A stretch of DNA of 64,000 nucleotides. Source: Callorhinchus milii (taxonomy: Eukaryota). This document shows, one piece after another, positions 22,164 through 34,094 of the stretch. Position 1 is the first letter of the stretch, and each line of letters opens with the position of its first letter. The DNA lies in NCBI RefSeq assembly GCF_018977255.1, contig NW_024704742.1:102364001-102428000 (forward strand). Direction: 5' to 3'. The translations under genes and the position numbers were made by a program. Below the pieces are notes generated by a model that did not search any database, was not told the origin of the DNA, and saw only the letters and a list, made by a program, of their open reading frames with translations.

Positions 22164-24801
22164 AATGATCTTGTAGCACTATTCGGTAAGAGAAGGGAGT
22201 TTCTCCTAATATCCTGCAACAGTTTCCCATAATAAAATTGATCATTCACTTCATAACTGTTCGTGGGATATTGCTTTGTGCAAATTGGCTGCTGCATTCG
22301 CCTGCAAAATACAGTCACTACACATTGCAATAAATCCTGAGAAATATTTTGAGATACTCTCCCAACATGAAAGACACTATATCAAATGCAGGAATTACTA
22401 TTATTATTTTAAACATTATTGCTTTACTTGAGTAGCCATTGTCCCTGTCTTTGTTTAATCCATTGATATGTGCTCAATACTCATTCTGGACCAGATATTG
22501 AGAAGCAATTTATAATAAAAGACCAGAGTTACTGAGAATGACATTTTTCTTACTTAATTGCTAAATTTCACAGCAGCACCATGTTTGTTCTGGTCTTTTA
22601 TAAATATTTATGATAGTAATTATATAGAGAAAAAATGTATTTCTCAGAATGTCAAGTAGATTTTAACCAAGCAAATATTCATTGGTGAGCACTGTGGATA
22701 CGGATATTATTCAAGTCATGAACATAGCTCGCAATGTTGCAAACAAAGGAGCCAAAGCTTTTCATCTTCTGAAACCATCAGCCCATTATAAATCAGGGTC
22801 CATAATGACTGCTTTCTGCTGGCATTGCCTGTGTGCCATACAGACAAAGGCGTGTTTCATGCCGCTCTTGCGTCCTGTGCACCTGTTGTTGCCACCAGAG
22901 ACATCATAGTTTCAGAGGAAATCGCAGCTCGGTGGTTGATCTGGTTTCGGGGATTGTATCCAACTTATCGTATAAACGAACCAGGGAATTAAACAGATGT
23001 CAGAAAGAAAGGGATGATTAGAAAAACTGCAGTGCTCTACTCTACCTATGTCTTGCAAGATACAACAGTCTCAGCTGCAGAGGATGAATTTTGATAGGGG
23101 AGCCTGGTAGCGACGATAACCGGCAGAGGAAGGCTGGTGAAAGGAACTGACTTGGTAAATCCCTTTCTTGGCAGAGTACAAGAGACTGTGAGATAGGACG
23201 CTGCAGGGCACATAAATGAATTATGTTCAACTCCAGCTCATGCACGCATTTAACCTCTCCATATGTTGTTTCGTTTTTATGCTTAGGGTATTATTTAATA
23301 CTTCTTGGTGGGTCATTGACCTGCATCAAATACTCAGAGTTAAGTGTTTGAGATTTTAAAAGGTAACCTTTAGGATCGTCTCAAGTTGCAGCAAAGGACG
23401 TTATTAAACCCGGCTGGTCTTCATCTTTTCAAGATGGAGAGTTTGTAAACTAATGACCGTTTTAGGCACAAATCTCCTAATTATAATTATTGCATGAAAA
23501 GGCCACAAGAGCTCCCCTGAGAGTTTTGTTGTTTCTTGCGCTTGCCAATGTGCAAATGAGCAAACAGTACCACCCTAGAGTTTAGATTTTAACCCACTTT
23601 ACCTCTTACCTCACCTACCTCTTCAACTACACCTAAAGTTTTTTTTCTGTTTTGGGAGGAACCCACATTCTGATAATATTCTGTTTATGAACAATACGAT
23701 AGAGAACATCCAGAGTTCTACTTTGCAATACTGTATTTCGTAATAGAGAGTTGCAGAAGCAGAGAGCACTTCCAGTAATATCACAACGATCTAAGGGACT
23801 GCTGAGTTAAAACCATCTACTTCTGAGGTGGAGTTTGTGCTACTTGACATTAATTCTAATTCAATTTCTTATTAAGAAACATTGCATAATAGATTTCATC
23901 TAGTTTATGGCAACAATGCCTATTTGTCACTTTTTAAAATGTGAAAAACCCATTATAAACTAAGTGAAGTTGTAGTTATAGGCTTTGCAATGATGGAAAG
24001 CTGGGTTCTATTCAATAACAGTCAGTATCTTGAGATTTGGGAATTTGTCTTTGTAAGGTTGGGAATTTCACAGTGCTATTTTTGTAGCTTCCAAAGTATT
24101 TTAAGAAGTGAAGAAAGCATGGAATGAGAAAGTACCATTCAGTCTATTAAGTTTCAAAAAGTATGCAAACGCCACCAACCCGACCAAAACACCATCCCAT
24201 CCTACTCAATTATTCGGTGAGAAAGATCTGTGCAGATATTCCCTGATCTCCAAAGGCAATCAAGCAAAATGTATTTTGGTTTTATATTTATTTTATTACT
24301 GTTGGGCTTTTTCCATTGTTATTGTAATTCCAATTGTGAGATTACAACCTTAGAAATATACAGCACAGAAGGCTGTTCAGCCATCATATTTGTGTTGGCT
24401 CTTTTAACAGTAATCCTTTCAGACCCATTTACTTGCCCTTTCTCCATACCCCTTTGGGTGTCCAACTTTAGGGTAGGGTACACTAGATTCACTAGATAAA
24501 TACCTGCAATGAAGGGACTTTACTGTGAGGAGATGCTTGGTAAATTTGGGTTATATGCCCTGGAGTCAAAGAGGTTAACTTAAGTTGAGGTGTTTAAAAC
24601 AATGAGGGCAATTGACAAGTTAGATAGGTGGATGACTTCACTTTAGTTAGAAGAGGAATCCAAAATAAGGCGACATGATCTTATCATTTAGAATTGATTT
24701 TTTTCTTCACAAGGTCGGTTGTGAGTAATATTAAATGCACTGCCCCAGAAAGCCATAGATGAAGAATCAATTAAATAGTTAAATACGAGAAATAGGTATA
24801 G

Positions 24802-25211
24802 AACAACAACAACAAAACAACAACATTGCATTTATAGAGCGCCTTTCACGTCGGGAGAACGTCCCAAGGCGCTGGACAGTTGGGTCGGGACCCGAGCAGG
24901 GGGGAAATAGTCAGGGTGAGGGGAGGGAAGAGAGGGAGCGAGGAGGGGGTAGAGAGTCGAGAGGGAAGGTGATGGCACGGTTGAAGAGAAAGGTCTTGAG
25001 ACCGGTCTTGAAGGAGGAAAGGAAGAAAGCAAAGCGAAGGCACTGGGGGATAGAATTCCTGAGCCTAGGGGCTGAGAGGCTGAAAGCCTGGCCACCGATG
25101 GTAGGGCGGTTGGGGCGGGGGATGTGGAGCAGACCGGAGCCAGAGGAACGGAGGGTACGGGCAGGTAAGTAAGGGGATAGTAGGTCAGAGAGGTAGGAGG
25201 GTGCAAGGCCG

Positions 25212-25246
<35 letters not shown>

Positions 25247-25775
25247 CCTTGCATTTGATATAGCGCTTTTCACGTCAGGAGGACGTCCCAAAGCGCTTCA
25301 CAGAACACACTGTAAAGTGAATTGACTGTATATTTGTGGGCGAACGCGGCAGCCAATTGCGCACAGCAATGTCGCACAAACAGTCGTAGATTGAAAATGA
25401 CCAATTTAATTATTGTTTTTGGTTTTTTGGAGGGATTATTATTAGGCATGTGGAGTAAGGAAACTTGCACAAGGTTTCGCCCTGCCTGGAATTGAACTCA
25501 GGTCTCTCACTTGCAAAGCGAGTGCTCTAACCACTGAGCTACAGGACTCCATGGCCTTGTAGGTGAGGATGAGGATCTTGAATTTGATCCTCTGGGGGAT
25601 GGGGAGCCAGTGGAGGCGAGCGAGGGTGGGAGTGATGTGATCGCGAAGCCTGGTGCGGGACAGTACACGAGCTGCAGAGTTCTGAATGACCTGCAGCTTG
25701 TGGAGGGAGGTGCCGGGAAGGCCAACGAGGAGAGAGTTCCCATAGTCCAGCCTTGAGGTGATAAAGGCGTGGACT
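24802..25775 (-). mobile_element. Young L2 3' fragment (24802-25213 plus 25551-25775) split by a SINE
   Basis: VHAFITSRLDYGNSLL...LHWLPIPQRIKFKILILTYKA | HGLAPSYLSDLL...[12 protein letters not shown]...FKTGLKTFLF; (AAC)n tail. Confidence 0.93.
25214..25552 (-). mobile_element. Young family-B SINE, full length
   Basis: Complete tRNA-like head, CORE-like stub, shared 3' module and about 10 ATT tail units. Confidence 0.95.
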
Positions 25776-27109
25776 GGTAATATGGAGGAAAGGTAAGGAT
25801 TAAAATATCTGTCATATTTAATAACATAGCAGAAGGATTGAATGCCTCCTCCTGTTTTTATATTCTGATACACCTTCCACTCGGGTGCCTGAATAATGAG
25901 GTCACAGATGCTTGTTCTATATTATATGACACGGAAGATGTTTTCCGTTATTGTGATTATAGTCAAATAGCCTCAAAAGTGTATAACTAGCTTTCCATAG
26001 TTTGTTTCATAGGGAAAATCCACTGATATGCATTCTTGATAAAAATGCAAAAATTTGCTCCCACGAGCATTTGATTACGGCACCAATTTCTTCTATTCTT
26101 ATCTAAGCTCTTGATGCTGTTGTTGATACTGCATCTTTCCACAGTGCATTGCAAATGCCATTTATATACAAACCAAAACCTTACCAGTAGCTGTCAAAGT
26201 TTGCTTAAGGTTTGCCTCTGTGCAATTGAAAACTGCATGCAAATATCTTCCCTTCAGAGCTAGAAATTAGTTGAATATGACTGCAATTATGTTGACTTCT
26301 AGGTTGTCAACATTCAAACAATAGATTTGAGTGAGGATATGGGGTACAGTGCACCAACCTCCAAGCTTCTCTTCACCCTACAAAATGTTTAGGAGTAATG
26401 ATGCTGAGTTATTCTTTATTGTGTAGAGAGGACAAAGGTGCAATACAGTATAAACTCGCCTACTTAAATCTACAAACAGTGCGGCGTTCACAAATAATAA
26501 CAGTAATTGTTTAGACATTTTTCAGTGAAATTGTAAGACCAGAGTGAAAACTACAGTGGGAATCGTTGCCACAAAACATCGACTTAGATTTTTCCTTTCA
26601 AGTTGAGAGAAGCATAAAAATGGAAACCACATTAACTGGCATATCAGGGTATTCGTATACTGGCCTCATAAGAAATCCCTGACTGCTTAATTGTTTCTAT
26701 TTTTTCTCTATGCACAGCACTAGATGAATGACATTATTGTAACATTGGTATAATGAATTTTAAAACTAATAAAACTAGAATTGCAACAGAAAACAGAATA
26801 AATTGAGTGTGTGATACAAAATCGCATTCCTAATAGCAGTATAAACTGTGCTGCAGTTTAGTGATCATCCTTGTAGTGCTAAAGCAATTCATAAAACGTG
26901 GTTGTAAGAAGCCATTTCTCTGTCCGGACTATGCATAATTTTACTGTGAAATGGTCAGTGTAGAGCACAGGTGGTGATGGGGTAGGGAGGGGGAGGGGAG
27001 GGGAGAGATGCATGCGGAGTGCAAGGCACAATTCACTTATGTGTACTAATGAACAAGATTCTTCCTGATCTTAACACAGACGCTAGAGCCTTTGAATCAG
27101 CTCTCAGCT

Positions 27110-27335
27110 AACGGCCTTCTCAGTTGGTAGCATTCTTGCTCTCTAAGTCAGAGGCTTTGAGATAGCATCCCGACATAAAAGTTGCCATACCAAATGCAAG
27201 GATTTATTAACATTATTATTGCTATTATTATTATTATTATTATTATTACTTTACAGTATATTCTGTGAAGCACTTTGAGACGGCTCAAATACATGATAAG
27301 GCGCTATATCAAATGCAAGGATTATTATTATTGTT
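27110..27335 (+). mobile_element. SINE head fused to two successive SINE tails
   Basis: CTCAGTTGGTAGCATTCTTGCTCTCTAAGTCAGAGG joins directly to tail 1 (to about 27248, ATT repeat), followed by tail 2 (27249-27335). Confidence 0.7.
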
Positions 27336-27736
27336 ATAGTAACTGACATTGACAGAGTTCATTTATGTCAGAAGAACGTAGCATCTGAATATATGACTTT
27401 GCACTCATATAACATCTTTCACGTAGAATAAATATCTTGAAGTTGTTCACGGTGATGATGGGGATCATCGAGCTGGGAGGAAATGAGTTTGAGTTTGAGG
27501 GTCAGACGTGATTGGAAGGAACTGTGACAAGTAGGACCAGTATACAATACTGATGGGATCAGACCAGAGGCATTCAGCAGTTGCCAATCTGAAGAAATAA
27601 TCGTAAAAATACATATAAAAATAGAAGAGACCCAGAGAGACATTAGCTTACCTTACCTGAAATGTGAAGAACACACTGTTCCAGCTCAAATTATCGATTG
27701 GTATGGCTGCTAAAATTCATTCTTTAATTTTATTGA

Positions 27737-28170
27737 GTGTGTCAGCCTGGCTCAGTTGGTAGCATTCCTGTTTCCAAGCCAGAAGGTTGTAGGTCAAGCC
27801 CTATGTCAGGTCTGGGAACTCATATGATCTCAGCTGACACTCCAATGCAGTGTTGCATTGCCAGAGGTCTGTTCTTCAGATGAGATGTTGAACCAAGGTC
27901 CCGTCTGCCTGCTCAAGTGAATGTTAAACATCCCATGGCGCTATTGAAAAGAAAAGGGAGTTTCGCCCAGTGTCTTGGCCAAAACTCTTCCAATAAAATT
28001 GGCCTTTCACTTCACGGCTACTTTGAAACATTGCTGTGCGCAAATTGGCTGCCGTGTTCACCATGACAATACACAGGCACTCCACTTTATAGTATATTCC
28101 ATGAAGTGCTTTAAGACGTCCTCCCTATGTCAAAGGAGTGATACTAAACATAAGGATTATTATTATTACT
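27737..28170 (+). mobile_element. Full-length Deu-domain SINE (family A; SacSINE1-like)
   Basis: tRNA head GTGTCAGCCTGGCTCAGTTGGTAGCA; Deu core CAGATGAGATGTTGAACCAAGGTCCCGTCTGCCTGCTCAAGTGAATGTTAAACATCCCATGGCGCTATTG...GTGTCTTGGCCAA; L2-type tail. Confidence 0.9.
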
Positions 28171-29789
28171 GCTTATTTAATTACTTAGGTAAACAAATAA
28201 ATAAACTTCATTGAAATTGTTTAAGATTGTAACTACTGTAATTGTAAACAACAAGTCATTATTGGTTTATATTTCAGTTAGGAATCGCTTCAATTATTTA
28301 AAGCAGTCAATTTGTATCTACATTGTTCTTTCAATTCATTTAGTAACTTGCTGAATAATTAAATCCAATCAGTGTTTCAAGTTTATTTTACATTTAGCAT
28401 ATGCATGTAATAGATAGTTGTAGAGTTAATATCTAGATATTTAACTGTTTTATACTTAAAATATACCTTCAGCAAGAACACAAGTCAGAGTATTCACATA
28501 ATAAATACACTTGATAACAATAGTTATTGGATATTTGTTTAACAATGTATTATTTAACAGATCTGTACTTAACAACTGGACAGTTGTTAGATGTACACTT
28601 AAAAGTTATATATTTAAAGTCTGCTGAAGGTTAAAGCATAGAATGATTTAGTGACAATTTGCTTATGTAAAACAGCTTCATGATTAGATATTCTAAAATC
28701 TGCCTTTTTACATATTAGAAACTATTTAGAATATTACTGTGTTACCTTTCCAATCAGGAGACTGTCCTAAATTTAAATTTAAACAAATAGGAACCATTCT
28801 GGTGTACATCAAGTATTCTCAGTCAATTCACAACATATCAAATGCAAGGATTGTTATTATTAATGTCACAGCCTTATCAATAACACCGGAGATCAGATGG
28901 ACCTGTTCCTAGTAATAAAATGCCATTCAAGACAATGGCCTTTTATAGATGCGCTCACTCTGCCTATCGAACATGTGAGTCATGATTTGCAATGTAGCAA
29001 ATACAGTTTGTTGTGAAAAACATGAATAATGAAAGTTCCTTATAAATTAAATGTCTTTCGTCTTTCAAGAAGAGTTAGAAAGCTGACTCATCATCTTCAC
29101 ATGACTGATTTATGTTATACCTGAAATCAACATTTCTCAATTTAAAGGTTCACTGTTCAGGTATGCGTGTCTTAATGCTGCATAGAATTCATTACATTGT
29201 CCATAAAAACCTGATTTGCATTTCACTTTCTTTAGTATAACTTAAATGTAATCAAACTCCAAAAGCTGAAATATCCTTCCACAGGCAATGCAGACAAAGT
29301 CTGCGTTTATGCATTTTATAGTTTGCGTCTTCTTTGTCTAATCATTTTTATTTGAAGTCTTAGTGATGTTGGCTGCCAAGATTTGCTGCAATGGTGCTGG
29401 ATGCTCTGCTGAGTGCCAAGTTGGATGTGGGAGACATCAAGCACATGCACTCACGGATGAAAGTCCCAGATGTCAGTGTGCAATTATAACTTGGAAGGGA
29501 CACTGATAGTGAATTATAGTCTAATTCTAAAGTCAATTACCCACAGTTACTAAATATAATGTTCTGTGCACCACAAACATTCATTAAGCCCCTAACTGGT
29601 TAGTTTCAGTTAAGTGATAATTTCCTCCACCCCAATGTTGTCCCTTTCTCACCCAAACACACTGGGTACAGTTCCCCAGTGTCAGCAGTCCTCTGGTATC
29701 TGCCCCAGTGGCCATTTTTCACGTGTGAGCCTAGATGGTAACTATTGAAAGGTTATTTGAGGGGTCAGACTCTGCTACTGTTAATCGCT

Positions 29790-30690
29790 CCGGGATTTAG
29801 ATGAGAAGGCCCTTCAATCCATTTGATCTCATCGTTCCAGAAAACCCACCCTATTGTGTTACCATCACAACATCAAGCAGTTTATTAAGTAAGTCTTGGT
29901 CTCAAACACTCTTCCTGGTAACGTGTTCCAGTTATTAATTACACTCTAGGTAAAGAAATGTTTCCTGGCGTCTGACCTAAAATTGTTCTTTGCAACCCAG
30001 AGCCTGCGTCCTCCTGTTCTTACTCAGGCCAGTTATAACACCTCAAAGACTTGCTCAGCTGTAATCAGTTAACTCAGGACAGACTAGTAGAACCATAGAA
30101 ATTTACAGCACAGAAGAAGGCCATTCAACCTATTGTGTTTGCGCTGTCTGTTTGAAAGAGCAACCAATTCCATTAGATCGTATTCAGTCCCATTTACCTG
30201 CCTTTAAAAATAAATTCAGTTGATATGAATGAGTGGTATTCATTAATCAACATTGTTGGCAGTAGAACAGTTAACAAGGAGTGGCCTTGGAAACTTGGGT
30301 GTCCACACTAATGAAGGAAAGGCACAGAGGTGATCTTACTGAACAATTCAAGACCCTAAAGGTTTATAGGTAATTTGAACTCTGATAATATTTAACATGA
30401 TCAAAAAATCTTTAACAGGGGGTCATGGACTCAAACTCAGAGGAGTGATGATGAACAATCTGCTCAGATTTAATTAGTTTACATAGAGTGGTGTGGAACA
30501 GATTACCCAATGAAGCATTGGGGGCAGATTGTGTCAGCAAATTCAAAAGGAATGAGATAGGTATTTGGCATGAACTTGATCAACAATGAATAATAAAATG
30601 GGTGGGCTTTTTAATTGTTTTAGTTTTACTTTGGGACTAGCCAGATGGACCGCAATGTATTTTCTCATCCTGCATGTTCCGATAATACTA
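29790..30690. mobile_element. Cluster of old CR1 3' fragments (29790-30020 -, 30090-30205 -, 30290-30690 +)
   Basis: AGAGGTGATCTTACTGAACAATTCAAG (RGDL.E.FK), ACAGGGGGTCATGGACTCAAACTC (TRGH.LKL), GTGTGGAACAGATTACCC (VWN.LP) and CR1-type termini. Confidence 0.7.
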
Positions 30691-30914
30691 CAAGCGTATC
30701 ACAAATAATCTGCCAGTCAAAAATTGGCTTCCAGCACATCAGCATCTTTGCTACCCTGACAAAACTTGTGTGTTTTTTGACTTATCTACACTTCAAATTT
30801 GACCCCATTGCACCAGATGCCCATGGGAGACTGTAGGACGCCTTAATGAGCATGTCACTTCTGCTGATCCATAGGGTGGTGTGACCAGTCAGATTCAATT
30901 TAACAAAAATATTG

Positions 30915-31098
30915 GATTAGATCAGTGTTCTCTTGCCTTTGGGATGCAGGTAGAATTCTAGCCCAGGCTAATAAGATGGTCCTCTCACTGTAAGTTCTGC
31001 AAGGTTCTACAGTGGTGTGAAATGAATTGGGATAGGCTAAGCCCAATTCCTCATGGATGCAAATACACAGGAACAGAAATTGGTATTATTTGACACTT
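30915..31098 (+). mobile_element. LF-SINE-like relic (5' part)
   Basis: GAATTCTAGCCCAGG...GTGTGAAATGAATTGGGATAGGCTAAGCCCAATTCCTCATGGA...AATTGGTATTATTTGACACT parallels the LF-SINE consensus as I recall it (CGAATCCAGCCCAGG...GTGAAATGAGTTGG..CTCAGTCCAGTTCCTAGTGGA...AATTGGCACTAATTGGCAC). Confidence 0.55.
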
Positions 31099-31149
31099 AA
31101 ATGTCAGGCTGACTCATAATACTTGATTTGTATAAATTTATTGCAAAAT

Positions 31150-31470
31150 TTCCAGGTTTGAACCCAAGTCTGTGCTGAGTACACTGACTCCAGCCAAGCT
31201 AGGCCCCAAGTTGGAAAAAAATCAGCCAAGTTCCTGCTCCTGATTGCTATCAAATAACCCAGAATAGAATGTATTCTTGTGTGGGCAGCATGATTAAGTT
31301 CGCATTGGGCATGCTTTCTCAGTGGCTGCAAAGCCTGCTGACAGTCACTGTCTGCACTCACAGCCTTATATATAAAGAACGGCCACTTGGGCCAGTTATC
31401 AGAAGATGTGAAGCTGCCAATAGCACCATACCCAGCAAGTGTCAGCGGAAGGGAGAAAATTAGAAAGGAA
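31150..31470 (+). mobile_element. Ancient SINE family C copy
   Basis: CCAGGTTTGAACCCAAGTCTGTGCTGAGT...AAAATCAGCCAAGTTCCTGCTCCTGATTGCTATC...AAGAACGGCCACTTGGG, shared with the other family C copies. Confidence 0.65.
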
Positions 31471-32334
31471 TATTTTTTGAAAAGGAACAAATTCTGCCAC
31501 TGATAGCATTAAAAAATGCATTATAATGGAAGTAATACGTGAAGTTATGCAATTTACCTTAGTTGCTCAAAGTCATACCATTTTAAAAAATATCAGTTTT
31601 CAAATACGGGTTGAAATATAAGTTACATAACATCTGTAATAATACATTTTTCATGATATGATGAAATACAGTATTCCAAAGTCCTGAGTATCAGATTTTC
31701 TGGTTAGGTGGTAAAAAAGATCTATTTTGAAGCAATTTCCACCATACATCCGTTAGAGTTGTTTTCACATTCAATACCCAGTACATTTTCCGTGCTCTGA
31801 TTTTTAAAAAAATGAGGCTCATGATTCATACAGAAAGCCATTGTAAACTATTCACTGGACCTTTCTTTAGCAAATGTAGTCAAAATACCGGCATCAAATA
31901 CAATCTGAAACTGTAATTAATGAGCGTTTAGAAATAGTACACTGCAGGAAGCATTTCTATGTTCACTGTCAAGTTTTTGTTTCAATTAATTGAAAAGGGG
32001 TGAATTGCAGCTGACTGATACAAAACTAAAAGTAGTTATGAACTGAACGCTTTTATACATCAAAACTGCTTGAATTTAATGAGGCTCATTTAGCAAAACG
32101 TCACCTCAAAAAAACACCACTGGAAGGAAGCTGCTATTTATATGAAGCAACTACTTCAAATCCTGGTCAAATGGCGCTGATCCAAAAGGAATTCAAATTG
32201 CTGGTGTTTACACTTCATGTTGCTTGAAGCAGGAGAACATGTCAAACATTATTAAATTCCTTATCTGGCTCATATGCAGTTGAGCGAAAAACCTGGCTCA
32301 TTGATCAACGTCTCAAGACAGGACTTAACCCTCA

Positions 32335-32627
32335 CAACAACAACAACAAGATTCCATTTATAGAGCGCCTTTCACGTCAGGAGGACATCCCAAGGCGCTG
32401 TACAGTTGGGTCAGGACCCGAGCAGGGGGTAAATGGTCAGGATGAGGGGAGGGAGGGAAGGGAGGGAGCGAGGAGGGAGTAGAGAGTCGAGAGGGGAGTC
32501 GAAGGCTCGGTCAAAAAGAAAGGTCTTGAGACCGGCCTTGAAGGAGGAAAGGGAGGAGGCGGCGAAGGCACTGGGGGATAGAGTTCCAAAGCCTAGGGGC
32601 TGAGAGGCTGAAGGCCCGGCCACCGAG
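32335..32627 (-). mobile_element. Young L2 3' end
   Basis: [18 protein letters not shown]...[14 protein letters not shown]; (AAC)n tail; near-identical to 24802-25100 and 48388-48770. Confidence 0.93.
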
Positions 32628-32819
32628 TGTCCAAAAACAGATCTCATAGTGTTCCTCACAGGCAAAGTAGTAAAATATAGGGTTCCAGTAAATCAGATAC
32701 ATGTTTAAAACTGCAGCAGGCTCCCTTACCATAACTTGGAGTACATCAGAGTAACTCTCTGATGCACCCCAACTTATGATACAAATGTTTTTCTGAAACA
32801 GTTGTAGCAGATCTAATTG

Positions 32820-33175
32820 GGGGGTTGCAAGAACTTTTTTTCACAAAAAGTGGTGAAAATGTGGAACTCATTGCAAAAAGCTGTAGTTGAACCAGAAAGA
32901 ATCAACATATTTAAGAGGAAATTTGATGCATACATGAGGGAGAAGAGAAAAGAGGGGTCGAGGAGATAGAGAGGCTCGTATTGAGTATATATAACACCGG
33001 CGCAGACAAATGGGACTGAATGGTCGTCTCGGTGCTGTATCAATCTGTGTAACTTGATATACTTCTCTGCTCAATAAGAGTGATTGAAACCAAGACATTG
33101 AACTCATTTAGAAAACAGCTTGATGCTCTGGGATTGGTTTTCACGGAAGATGAGATCAAATGGGCTGAGGGACTT
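32820..33175 (+). mobile_element. CR1 3' fragments
   Basis: NFFSQKVVKMWNSL.KAV.....INIFKRKFDAYM coding, and terminal GGGACTGAATGGTCGTCTCGGTGCTGTA. Confidence 0.8.
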
Positions 33176-33535
33176 CATAATCCTTGCACTTGATATAGCG
33201 CCTTATCATGTCATCACAACATCTCAGAGCGCTTCACAGAATATGCTGTAAAGTGCATTGATGGTGTAATTTGTGGGTGAAATACAACAGCCAGCTGCGC
33301 ACAATAGTGTCCCACAGACAGCCATGGAGTGAGTGACCAATTTTATTCAGTGGATTTATTGACCAGGACACTGGGAGAAACTCCCTTCTCTTTTCAAATA
33401 GTGTCATGGGATCTTTAACAACCACCTGAACAGGCAGACGGGACCTCGGTTTAACATCTCATCCAAAGGACGGCACCTCTGACAATGCAACACACCCCAG
33501 CACTGCATTGAAGTGTATTCTTAGAGTATGTGTTC
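33176..33535 (-). mobile_element. Deu-domain SINE lacking its head
   Basis: CCAGGACACTGGGAGAAACTCCC...CATGGGATCTTTAACAACCACCTGAACAGGCAGACGGGACCTCGGTTTAACATCTCATCC. Confidence 0.9.
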
Positions 33536-33684
33536 TTCATCCAAACCTCTCCTCGTGCATAGAGAACCACCTTTGCTATATTGCACTCCTCACACTACAA
33601 TTCAAGTTTTGTTTAAGTCCCCCAATATGATGTTGCAAAGTGGGAATACTTTACTTAGCAGTCTCAGCTTCATGTCAGAGTAAA

Positions 33685-33975
33685 ATGCAACATTGCATTT
33701 GACACAGATCTTCATCATACTGCAATGTCTCAAAGCACTTCACAGACTTTTCTGTGAAGTGTAGTGACTGTGCATTTATAGCTGAACTGTGAGGCCAATT
33801 CACACACAGTTAAATCCCACAAACAGCCATCTTTTACGGGGGCCAAGACACCTGGAGAAACTCATTTCTCTTTTTTCAGCACTGCTATGGATCTTTAACA
33901 TCCACCTGAACAGACAGATGAAGAAAGAACATCCAGAGGGAACACTTTCTGTTCAGAGTGCAGTACTTACATGAT
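33685..33975 (-). mobile_element. Older Deu-domain SINE fragment
   Basis: TTGCATTTGA...CTCAAAGCACTTCACAG...GGCCAAGACACCTGGAGAAACTC...GGATCTTTAACATCCACCTGAACAGACAGATG. Confidence 0.75.
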
Positions 33976-34094
33976 ATGTATCATGAGCCAATTGCTTTTC
34001 ATAACAGACATATCATTGATGTTAGCAATGACAGGCCCCATAGGGAAAAATACATTTCTGAATTTATTGTTTCCTTTTTATGAACAGTCTAATC

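Larger units (their letters stand above)
21345..22410 (+). mobile_element. Deu-domain SINE interrupted by a family-B SINE and an L2
   Basis: Head 21345-21383; resumes 21553-21690 (GTGAGATGTTAAACTGAGCTCCTGTCTGTCTGTTCAGGTG); resumes again about 22162-22410 through the tail. Confidence 0.8.
24505..25870 (+). mobile_element. Old CR1 3' fragment (24505-24801, about 25776-25870) hosting a nested L2 and SINE
   Basis: Decayed MKGL.YEE.L..LGLY.LE..RL...EVFK...ES..R.H CR1 C-terminus; terminal GGATTGAATGCCTCCTCCTGTTTTTATATTCTGA after the insertion. Confidence 0.7.

Noticed and set aside
22516..22601. 13-bp inverted repeat with a 60-nt spacer
   Set aside because: Short AT-rich arms and no TSD or extended pairing; compatible with chance.
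24832..25291. Signal-peptide-like poly-Leu/poly-Ile ORFs (MQGLLLLLL...)
   Set aside because: They arise from the SINE (ATT)n tail read into an L2 fragment.
26978..27005. G-quadruplex-like G runs (also about 52685-52716)
   Set aside because: Short simple G/A-rich tracts are common in such genomes, and no functional context is visible.
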